A stretch of 64,000 nt of DNA from Owenia fusiformis (lineage: Eukaryota), in assembly GCA_903813345.2 (NCBI GenBank), contig CAIIXF020000001.1, positions 20,212,001-20,276,000 on the forward strand, read 5' to 3'. Both the position numbers and the translations under genes were made by a program. Below are positions 14,501 to 26,500 of the stretch, one piece after another. The stretch's first letter is position 1. The number at the start of each line of letters is the position of its first letter. The notes under the pieces are model-generated. The model made no database searches. It saw only the letters and a list, made by a program, of their open reading frames with translations, and was not told the origin of the DNA.

Positions 14501-17500
14501 TCATTCTCCCACATCTCGAATATGGCAATATTATTTTTGACAGCGCAAATCTAAACCTCTTAGCAAGTTTAGATAGAGTCCAATATAGAGCGGGTCTTAT
14601 TGTAAGTGGTTGCATCCAAGGGTCAAACTCTGAGAAGGTGATGGCATGTCTTGGATGGAGATCCTTATCCAATCGAAGAAAAGAAAAAAAACTAGTTTTT
14701 TTTTTTAACATCTTTCATATTTATTGTAAGCACAAGTCATTTAGATACAATTACAAGGGGCAAAGCGCTGTAAGCATTAGATGTCCCCTTATATAAATAA
14801 ACAATAAAGTACAATATTCATTTTAACCTGGATGTCACCTGTAAATGGTAGAATGCCTTGCAGTGAAACAAAAGATAGGAGGGCTGCTGATATCCTGGGG
14901 GAGGGGTAGTATGTTGAAAAATGGAAACAGGTCATAGGCAGGAAAATATTTAGATTCTGGTTGTGTTTTCAATGAGATAATTCGCAACCAGTGAAAATAG
15001 ATTATCCATCTCTAATTGGGTTAATGATGGATCCCCAAAAAGAAAAAAGTGAATTTTGTCTTGCTGAGTTCTGAAATTAGTTAATAAGTCCCCATATATC
15101 CCTAAAGTATCTGTTATTAGTTTATTTCTTTGTTGTTCTTTCAGAGGGCATTTGAATAAGAAGTGGGGAAAAGTTTCAGGGGAACCACATAAACAATTTG
15201 ATGACTCAACTGAGCTCCAATTGTGGGCTTTGAGCTGGGCTTTTAAAATTAAATCTACCCTGGCTCTATTTAGATAAAGTTCTTGTTGACGAGTTAATTT
15301 TAAACAAATTGTTGAAACAACACCAGGGAACAAATTTAATTTAAGTGTTCTTTTAAAAGATGCAATAGTTGGCAAGAGCTTTTGTTCCAAGGGAACAGAT
15401 CCTGGATCATTCCATAGGTTCATCATTTTGTATATTGGAGACTTATGTGGATAGTGAATAGGGATAGTGAAATCTCGAGATTTCCTTAACAATCTTGCTT
15501 GAGGGTTTATGAATGGCCTAAATATATCTGAGATATAAATAGGTGTTAAATCATTCACGGCTTTATACATAATTGTTTTGAAGTGGAGGATCCTCCTCTC
15601 AGTTAAGGTGGACCAGTTCAAAATGTTAAGTACTTTGGAAGTGCTGGAGCCTGGGAGAGCACCAGAGACTATTAGACCAGCTTGGTACTGGAGACTGTCA
15701 AGTCTGTTAAGGTCACAAATAGGAGCACAATCGTAAAGGATATCACAATAATCAAATAAGGACTGAATATAAGCTGTATAGAGAATATTTAATTGTTTTG
15801 ATTTTAGTCTACCCTTAAGTGCTTTTAAGGGGTTAAGAGCTGTTTGGATTTTTGCACAGATAGAATTTATATGTGCTGACCCATTTAATTTTTTATCAAA
15901 AATGAAGCCTAGGTGTTTATGAATGTCAGTTTTTTCAATTTGTTTATCATTTAAGGTAACTGGTGGATAGATTGGATTATTTTTCTTAGAAAAGGTCATT
16001 TCTCTGCTCTTTTCTGGTTTAAAATCTAGTTTCCACTGTTTAGACCAGGCTTCGATTTTTTTTAGATCATTTTGAATTTGTATATGAGACTGCGGATTGT
16101 TTGGGGAAGTAGGTACAAAGAGGGAGGTGTCGTCTGCATAAATAAAGCACTCTGAGGTCAGGTTGTCCGGTAAGTCGTTTATATAGAGGAGAAACATCAA
16201 AGGTCCGAGAATACTTCCCTGAGGCACAGAACAGTTTATGTAGTTGCTAGGAGAGGTGTCAGAACATTTGCCATTCACAGTTACTTTGACACTCCTATCA
16301 GTCAAATAAGATTTTAGAAAAACTAATAAGTTTCCTGAAAATCCATACGCTTTCAACTTTTTTAGAAGAAGGTAATGGGGGACACGGTCAAACGCGGCCG
16401 AAATATCCAAAAAAATTGCACGTGTATCATTGCCGTCGCTAAAATTGCGCCAAATTAGGTTTTGGATGGCTAACAGTTGTAACTCATTGCTGTGCCCTTT
16501 CAAAAAACCGGACTGGTATTTATACAATAAGTTATTTTCAATTAAGTGTTAGTACATCTTAGAGTAGACAATTCGTTCTAATATTTTGGAAGTAATACTG
16601 AGAAGAGATATAGGTCTATAATTTCTTATGTCATTCTTATTATTCTTTTTAAATATTGGGCAGATATCCCCTAATTTCCAGTTCTGGGGAAAATTACCTG
16701 TGGTCAAAATTTTATGAAAAAGTAAATTAAGTGGCACAGAAATAGTATTCCTGCATAGCTGGAGCATTTTTATTGTAACTCCATCTGGACCATTTGCTTT
16801 TGAGGGGTCAAGATCCTTAATTATAGAGATAATTTCCTGTTGGTCAAAGTCAATGTTCTCTAATTTGTTATTGCATCTGTCAGGAAAATGAATATTATTG
16901 TTCAATGCATCTGGTTCTAAGTGATACATATTAGAGAAATATTTTTGAAATTCAGTAGCTTTCTCCTGACTGGTCAAACAGGTAATTCCAGTTAAAGGGT
17001 TTTCTATGGTAGGAATAGGCGAGCTAAATTTTTTACCTAAAAACTTTTTTATAAGTTGCCAAAATTTGTCACTTGCATGTGTTTCTCCATTTAGACTTTC
17101 TATTTGATCTGATGTAAATTTTGCTTTGGTTTCTAAAATAAGGTTCTTGACAGCTTCAGTCTGATTCTTATATGCTGTATAATGTTCAGGAAGATTGCTT
17201 TTCTTGAATTTAACAAAGAGTTTTTTCTTTTTCTGAATCGCATGAGATATACTCTCATTTAACCAAGGTCTATCATTCGCTTTAATTCTTTTCATTTTGT
17301 GAGGGATAAGCTTTTTAAAGATGGTAAGAATTGTATCAGTAAATTGATCATTTAAAGTGTTCATATCATGGTTTTGAGTAAAAAAATTAGCCCAGTTTAT
17401 TTTTTCAATTTCAAGGTTCAAAGCATCTTTATTTGCAGTATCATATTTCCAAATAAGTTTAAATTGATCTTCCTCTCTATTTAATAGTACATCGAGTTGA

Positions 17501-20500
17501 GTAAAAATTGAACAATGGTCTGATGAGCCTATAGGTTCAATTACAGTCGAAGAATTTATAAGACCTGGGACATTAGTGACTGTGAGATCAATGCAAGTAG
17601 CAGATGTTGATGTGATTCTTGTTGGTTCTTTTATTAACTGGTCAAAATCATTATCAAAAAATATATCATTTAAAATTTTTCCGTTTCTATCTTCATCCCC
17701 ATTGAGAAACCACTGTTTACATTTAGCGTTGAAGTCACCATTCAAAATGATTCCATCTGCATTTCGTGATTTTGCCTGTTTTATGTTCATTGTCAAAAGT
17801 TTCATAAATTCATCTCTCTCAATTACTGACTGTGAGGGTGAGCGATAAAAAACTCCATACAAAAAGGTTTTATGTTTAATTCTCAGTTCGGCCCACAGGG
17901 AGTAATTTGTATTCAAGTCGGGTCTTTCGTTACATAAAATGTTGTTGTTTATATAGATCAAAAGTCCTCGATTATTTTGATTGTGTAATGGATTATGAAA
18001 TCCATTCAGCAAGAAATTATCTTTAATTGATATAGTGGTCAAATTTCCAGTCTCACAAAGTCCCACAATTGATACATTCATTTCCTTAACTAGGTCATTC
18101 AGGGATTCAAATCGAGTACCCGCATCGGCTCCAATACTATTTATATTGGAGAATAAAATGTTTAAGTTACCTTTATATGGGACTGGCCCTGGGTGAGGAT
18201 GTACATCATTTGATAATGTAAGCTTGAGCTGATTGATATTAGGTTGCAGATAAGTGCCGCTTAATCCAGGAACACTTAAAAATATCAAAGTAATGCATAT
18301 TAAGGCTAGCAAAAACCTTGGGTTAATTTTCCTGTGACATAGTGAGTATATTCTTAGGACTAGAAGCAGTGGAATAAGCAGATACATGGATGCTATATTT
18401 AAAACTGTCATTCCAATTGTAACGGTAAAATATATCAGTTTAATTGTATCAAAGAGCTTTATCGATAACAGAGCGATAAGCGAAAATATCATCATAGCTA
18501 TGATACAAGGCAAAGAAAATGAAAGCACATAAGATTTGTTTATATTACTAATCCCTGTACTGAACATCTTGATGTTGTATAGGTTGAACCTGCCTATAGC
18601 TGACCTCCATTGGACTAAGCTAACCCCCATCATAAAGATATTTCCCTCCCAGGATAGCAGCAGTAATTCCTATAAGTAAACAGAGTGTTTCAGTCATGAT
18701 CGATATTAGAAGGCAAAGGATTCAGGAGGGAATGGAGAAATCAAGCATACATATAATTTAATTATGGCATCAAGACATAAATACATGTGTATACAAGTTG
18801 CAGTGAGATATAAGTGTTTTTGTATGTGGTTCCTCATTGAAATATGTTATGTGATCATAGCATATACGAGTTCCATGCTAAAGATTGTCACCTTCGGGGC
18901 TACAGTTTAGCTAGTGCTGGCAGTTGAAGCCGGGGGAACTCTCTGTTGTCTGGAACGGTGGATTTGAGATTGAACTATAGGGAGCTTCTCCATGTCAGAA
19001 ATAATTCCTGCAATGTCATCCACAACATTGAAAGCACGTATAGCACCATTCGCAGTTTTCCCCAGAATCTTACCATGATCGGACCAATGGTTGACTATGG
19101 ATGGGTGCAGTTCTAATTGTTTTAGTAGAGCACGGTTCATTGGGCTAAGGTCCTCGTATATCCGTATTGGGGTACCCTTGAGAAGGGATCGGTTTTTGAG
19201 CAATGAATCTCTAACGTGCCTGGATTTGAGACGAACAATTATGGATCTGGGTTTATCAGAGCTAGGTGAGGGGTTGCCAGGTACCCTGTGAGCAATCTCG
19301 ATATCAGCTGCGGTGAGCGAGTCACTAAGTTTAGTGGAACTTAGCTCATTGCAGAGTGCAGAAACACAATGCTGGAGATTCTTGGAATCAGACTTTTCGT
19401 CGGCAGTTTCCTTAATACCGTGTATTCTGATCAAGTCCTTGCGAGAGTACTGAGAGTTATGATTGGATTGCAAGATAACTTGGTTCAATTTTATAGACAG
19501 GTCTTCATGAGCCTTTTTGAGCTTCACGTTTTCTGATATCAGGCTTTCAATCTGGCTGTCATATTTATTCTCGAGCTTGATCAAAGGTTTAATCACACGC
19601 TCATCTAGGACTTTATTGACAAATGATTCCAGATTATTTTCAAATCTCTGCTCGAATTTTTTGAAAAGTTTTTCCATACCTGACATTGAGACAACGTCAA
19701 TATTATCCTCCTCGGCACTTGCGTAGGGGCTGCCCGTATTGGGAATGTTCTCAGGGTCATGAATACTACGCCCAGAATTTGATTTTCCGCGTTTGGTCGG
19801 CTGTTCTTGTTCTTCAACAGACATTGTCGATTCATTTGGGACTGCTGAAAATGTCATATCCCTAACGACGCCATCTTGGAAAATTTTAGGTGTCGACGTG
19901 GCCACTTTAGGCATGAAGTTTATAATACTTGGTTGCGTTGACATGATTATCTGAAGTCCTATCAGTTCCGTAGGTATTTATGTTCAATCACACAGTATAA
20001 TTTGCAGGTTAGAATAGTAGGAGATGCCTAGAAACGTATAAACATTCTCCGGCTCCAATTTCCTAAACTAACATTGTTGGTGACGTCACTTCCACCTTCA
20101 AAACTAGTTTTTATGTTTGACTTTGTAAATAATTATAAGATGCCTTCATATGTTTCAAATGTTTTTGAACAGTATAAGAATCAGGTAACCCACCAAAGAC
20201 TTCGTCGTAGCAATGATTTTAAGATCCCATTCAAAGCATCTGCTAAACTTAGAAAGTTTACAGCTTTATCCAGTATTAAATTATGGGATAATTTACCTGA
20301 TGAACTGAAACAAGCACACTCACGCAACTCATTTAAGTATAAAATTAGAACATTTTTGAATGGGAAAAAGAAAGAATTCACAACCCCAAGATTAAACCTA
20401 TCCAGAGATAAAGAAATTGTCTTAAATAAAACGAGATGTGATCTCATTTTTAGGCAGCATCTTTTTACACATAACTTCAAAAATATTCCAAATGCCAAAT

Positions 20501-23500
20501 GTAAATGTGGTCACTCTACTGAATCAACCAAACACCTATTGCTCCATTGCCCTCTTTTTAACACTCAAAGACTCAATTTTCACAGAGAACTAGGGGGACT
20601 GCCATCCTTTAATTTAAACTCTTTTAATAATAGAAAACAGGAGGACAGGGTAGACTTTTTACTTTTTGCAGATCCTTCTCTTGACACAATTACAAATAAA
20701 AAGGCTATTGAATTAACAGCCGAGTTTTTACACTCTATTGTCAAGGAAGTTAAACAGTCCAATATTCATTAATTTATACATATATCTCTGACCTGTCTTC
20801 ATGTTTTCAAGATTATTTTTATGTTCATAAATATGTTCTATATCTATCATTTTTACATTATGACCTATTTTAACTTATATTGTAACTACTTCAACAGGGC
20901 CAATAATGCTTCGGGGTAGGCCTGTATCTGTTTGTATGATGTATTATGAAATAAAGGAAATATAAAAATTAAAAAAAAAAAAAAAAATGCCATCAAAATA
21001 ATTGATTTGATTCAATATTTAACTGAAGACAGAATAGAAAATGCATATTGTGAATTTGTTTTGAATAACCTACAATTGTAATATACAAATGAAATGTCTT
21101 GAATTGAAGATCAACCAAGCTGTGGATAGTATGACTGAGGAAAGAGCCAAGTTACAGGCTGAGACTGAAGTTAAGCAGCTTGAACTAGATACATTACAGG
21201 AAGCAAAATTTCAACTTGAGGAAGAGAATGCTAGATTGCTAGAGAGAATGGGACAAGTGGAACAAACACAGGTATTTATCTTCAGTGTGATCAAAATATG
21301 ATTTTCCACCAAAAGTTTCATTTATTTATATTATTTACACAAACCTGCGTCCATTGATTTTATTCTCATAATATCTGCTCCATAGAAAGTTAACCCCTCT
21401 TAGATATGAGAATAATAACTCTTTTATCATTGCCTGTTATAGAACTCACAACAGCAGATTGAGAAGACAATGTCAGATATCCTAGAACAGAAGAATAAGC
21501 TGGCTTATGATAAAGGAAAGCTCCAGTCCAGAGTGGAGCAGCTGGAGTCCCAGCTCCAGTCTCTTGCAACCACCCACACTAACTCTGTTCAGCAGAGAAA
21601 CACATTCAACACTTTGCAGGGAAAGTACACAAAGGTACCTAGAATAGATCAGTAAATAGGATTTGTATGCTGTTTGGATGGCACCTGACACTAGTCATTT
21701 CCAAGAGAGTTATTTTATCACACTTTGAAAATGTGATATTTAGGAGTCCTCATTTTGTGCTGCTGGGTGTGCATGCATTCTTCTGGGTAGTTGGGCTTTT
21801 ACCAAATAAATCTTGTAATCAAAATTCCAGGAAAACCCCTGAATCATTCAACTTGAAATTTTTACAGACGCAAGAGCAGTCTAGTGCCAACGTCTGATTA
21901 GGTTTTGGGCATGCTGGGTTAATAGCATAGTGGCCATTTTGCTTGTCAAAGTGTGATATTTATGACTGTGTCTTTATTAGAAAGTATTTGCAGTAAAATC
22001 AATTAAGAGGCTTTGTGGATGAAATCTCCCATGTTTGCTTATACGAGGGGTGATCAATAAGTAATGGACGCCTTTTTACACAGATGCTTTTTATAGACCA
22101 ATCCCTTCGATTTTCTTACCAGTGATTCATCATTCAATTATCTATCAACTCTGAAGATTTGAAGACAAAATATATAATACATGTTGATATATCCTCATTT
22201 CTGTGAAGGAGGTACGGGTACCCCGGGACCGACATTTACGTCACATATTCTGAAGATATTTTAGCGTGTTTAACATGCAATGCAGTTGAATGCAGGCTGA
22301 ACAAAACAAACCATTATGGTCATGAATTACCCCATTTTGTTATGCCATAGTTGATTTTGAATATTTTATCATCACTATGTGGTATTCATGCCACATTTAT
22401 TCCACAGGACCCTCTAAATAGGTTCCATCAAGTGCTACATGTACACAATTCCTCATCCTCTTAACTCAAGATTGTAAGACAAGGCTGAATCCATTCTCTG
22501 ACATGGTAGCAAGATACAGTTTCATGGGTTGTTTTATTTAACCAATGTTAATAAACCTGCGTCTGTATATGTCTCTAACCTCTCTTTCTCTATGGAAATA
22601 AGTGGTACATAGAAATAACAAGTCACATGTGAGCAGATGTGGACAATAAAGTGCATTGGCCAAGGGCTCAATTTTGAGGTCCAGGGATATTGTTTTCTGA
22701 ACATTTTGAGATCTATGGGCAGGTGCATTGACCATACGGAGTAGGGTTTTCCCTTCTCTCACCACCCCTTTCTTCCACAATGTTTTCTCAAATTGACCTG
22801 CAAACCCCTTCCATACAACACTCTGACATTACAATACTTTCTGTTTATGTGTTACCAGTCAGCAAAAAAATTCAACCAATACAACACTTGTTGCATATAA
22901 AAAGTTCAAATCTAACTCAAATGTACCAAACTTGGCAAAAACTGAATATGAGACGTAAATGTCGGTCCCGGGGTACCTGTACCTCCTTCACGGAAATAAG
23001 GATATATCAACATGTATTATATATTTTGTCTTCAAATCTTCAGAATTGATAGATAAGTGAATGATGTGTCACTGGTAGGAAAATCAAAGGGATTGGTCAA
23101 TAAAAAGTATCTGTGTAAAAAAGCGTCCATTACTTATTGATCACCCCTCGTATATCAGTTTTTTATGTTAACTGAAATCATTGATCTTTATAAAAATACC
23201 AAACCAAGATCTTGGAGACAATCTACGTCTAAAATGCTGATTTGACAGTTGTTTAACATTACAGAGTCAAAGTGATTATAATGCAGCCAATATTAAAATA
23301 CAACGTTTGGAAAGTCAGCTGAAACAACTAAGTGCAATTGGTGAACGTAAGGAACAGGACTTTAGCATGGCCCTACAGTCCCGAGATGAAGCCATCCGTG
23401 AAGTAAACAAATTGCGAGATGTTGTCGAGTCAACAGATGGACGAGAAAAGCAAAAGGTATGTACATCATTGTAGCTTGTCAAAATATGCAAATTTTTCTC

Positions 23501-26500
23501 GACTTTTCTTATTTTCAAGAGACTGCTTGCCTATTTTCAAGATCTCAAGTTGACATAATGTCCATTTAGTTGCAGTGTTAGATACGTCTTAATCAGGAGC
23601 AGATGTGCATACTTTATTGGAATGTATTGTAGGGCACAAGTTTTTCTCTTCTTATAATGTCAGCATTACACTTTCTCTATTGAGGCTTGGAATCAAGTGT
23701 AAATCAATACTGTGCTTTATTATTTCCATGCCGTGATACTCGTTCTCTCATTGGTCAATTAGATACCATGTGACTAAAAATATATAGAGGTATTCCATGT
23801 CTCCCTGCTTCGAAAACGTGTGAAGAGTGTATTCACCGGCAGTGGCATCATTTTTAGTGAATACCACTATACGAGGGTATATCATAAAGTTCTCATAATA
23901 TCTCTCTAATTTTTTATTATTTTTTACATTCTCTCAATTATTTTTATTTGCCCCGGGTGCCTTGATTTCCGGTTACTATGGCAACCATTACTTATCTAAT
24001 ATATCTGTTATACCAAATATTTTTTTGATAGATTAATACAGAATTCTATACTGCAGATTCTATGAAAATTTCATTAGAATATATTGAAAAATAAAAAAAT
24101 TAGAGAGATATTATGAGAACTTTATGATATACCCTCGTATATTCAATTAAAATGACATCACATCACTTAATTCCCGGGAATTTAATAAAAAGTATTTTCA
24201 TCCGATATGACAGACGGTGAAGTTGTATCAGGAAGTCCTCCCAAGAAAATGTTCAATACTGTATAACAAACGTGGGATAAAGATTTTACAAATGTATTCA
24301 AAATGTCAACTAATCAAAGCACGAAGACTATGGACTTTAACATATGGAAGATCCTAATCTAATTTTTATATTTTATGGCGTGACAGAGATCGTGATTTAT
24401 AACAGAATATTGGCAAACGTTTGGAAATACGTTGAAACTTCATATCATTACAATATTGTGTACTTCTAACTTTAATACTGTGTGCTAGTTTAATGAGGAA
24501 ATAATAAAACAAATATTGAATTCTGTGATCTTTTAATATCTGTATATATTTCTGAGGGATGTATTCACCTGGCCCTTTGGGCTGCGGTGAATACACCTTC
24601 AGAAATATATACAGATATTTAACTCCACAGAATTCAATATTTGTATAATATTAGATGCTTGCAAAATGCTTTGGGACTAAACCACTAATCATTCTATGAA
24701 TGATTAAATGATGTACATATTTCTGAGGGGGTATTCTATGCAGCCCAAAATCTGAGAAGAAAAGAAGAAATATGTATTAACAGTTTAACAATATTAATTT
24801 ATTAACGACATATATATAGTGTCTCAAAAAATGAAAATTGGATAAATAATGCCACATGTTTACAGAAGCCTATACATGTGACGTCACATTCATTGAATAC
24901 CTGTGTGTATGCATGTATTTATTTTTTAATCACATGGTACATGACTGACCAATCACATGCTGATTATCACTACAAAGAAATGATAAATAACATTATCACA
25001 CTATAATGAAAATATTGAGAGTGAAAAATGTCTTGTTTGCAGATAGTCAATTTGGAGCGCAACCTCTTGGAATCCAAAGAAGACAGTAGAAAGTTAGCTT
25101 CATCCCTCGATGGAATCATCCAATCCCACAACCAGCTTCAGCAAGCCATGGAAACACTACAAACAGATCTGGGGAAAAAAGATTCCCAAATTGCTCAATT
25201 AAAGAATGAAAAGTATGTACACTCGTGTTACTCTCATGTTCGTTTGAATCAAAAAAATGCAGAACATATGTGATACAAATTATCACATAATTACAAGTAT
25301 ATCTTTTATATTTTAATTCACATAAATGTACACTTACTGTATACTGTTTCAGAAAACAAAGATTTTAAGTGAAAATGCATCCTGACATTTTGGCAAACAC
25401 TAATATAATATATTAAATATGAATCCAAATTTTCAGATCTTATTGTAATGATATTGTATATTCGTATGCTTATATAAAATACTTGCACTAAAACATACAC
25501 ATCACATTGATCATTTCAGAAACCTAAGCCAGAATTCTTTACGTCAGATGCAGACAGAAATTGACACTCTCCAGGACCGTTTGGTTTCCATGGAAACTTT
25601 AGAGACAACAGAGGTATACTTTCTCGAAATAACTGCACTTCCCTTTTTCATTGTCCCTCACAGACGTCTAGATATTTAAAACTGACCATAGACCTTAGAG
25701 TTATGTCGTAGTGTCTTACTTGATCCAAGTCTAGATTCAAATCACAGACAGTAAACACGGTGTATAACCCAAACGCTCCTACATGCACGACGGAGCGTTA
25801 CATTTACGCGGAAACGCTCCGGAGCGAAATAAAATGGCGGCTAATGAAGATTCTACTATGACCGTAAGTATTGTTTCTCTCGTTTCTCTTACATATCATA
25901 TGTCATGGTGAAATATTATGTACAATTCGATGAACAATACCGTGAGCAAAGATCCTATTTATTCAACTTCTGGTGGTAAACTGTTATTTGCTTGATCAAA
26001 GCTCCGTAGTGTAGATCGAACGAATCTGAAGATGACGATTTGACCACAAATTACGAATTAAACTAGTATTTCTATGAAAACGTTAATCTTTCTGTTTAAG
26101 TAGTAGATCACAAACTCGTATATTCTCATTTCCTAAAATCCCAGTCCAAATCCATTACTTGTTCTCGAGAAATCGCTTGTTTTCCTAGAAACGCTCCGTC
26201 GATTTAAACCACAATTTTAGAAACGCTCTGACCATTTTGTTTTGATATCATTTTCAGATTATTAGAGAAGAGTTCCGAATCGAGTCTATCTCTCAAAAAC
26301 GTGTTGTACTTGTTAGGCAAATTGAAACATCTGAACCGGGTGGTGCTAAACGTGCAACTAGCTGATTAAAGCCTATACATTAGATGATGTCATGCCTACA
26401 TATGTGCTAAATCATAAAACTATAGAAAAAACGAAAAGTTATATGTGAATTAATCTTTCTTCTATTGATGCCAAGGGGTATAATAGATCTTTTCTTTCTC

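Larger units (their letters stand above)
14701..20099 (-). mobile_element. LINE B: apparently full-length CR1-group element (ORF1 + APE-RT ORF2)
   Basis: 13-bp TSD AAAACTAGTTTTT at 14688-14700 and 20100-20112. Poly(T) and TTTATT at the left end. ORF1 18907-19944 and ORF2 14950-18633. Confidence 0.93.
12990..20984 (+). mobile_element. LINE A: 5'-truncated CR1-group non-LTR retrotransposon, split by LINE B
   Basis: RT motifs (NYRPI, GVPQGS, LYADD) in ORF 12997-14700, continuing in frame at 20113-20772 (KKLVF|MFDFV; C-terminal CKCG..H..HCP). Poly(A) at ~20971-20987. 15-bp TSD AAATGCCATCAAAAT at 12975-12989 and 20985-20999. Confidence 0.92.

Noticed and set aside
14701-14796. C-terminus of ORF 12997-14796 as the true end of LINE A ORF2
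   Set aside because: It is read-through into the antisense 3' tail of LINE B. The real continuation is at 20113.
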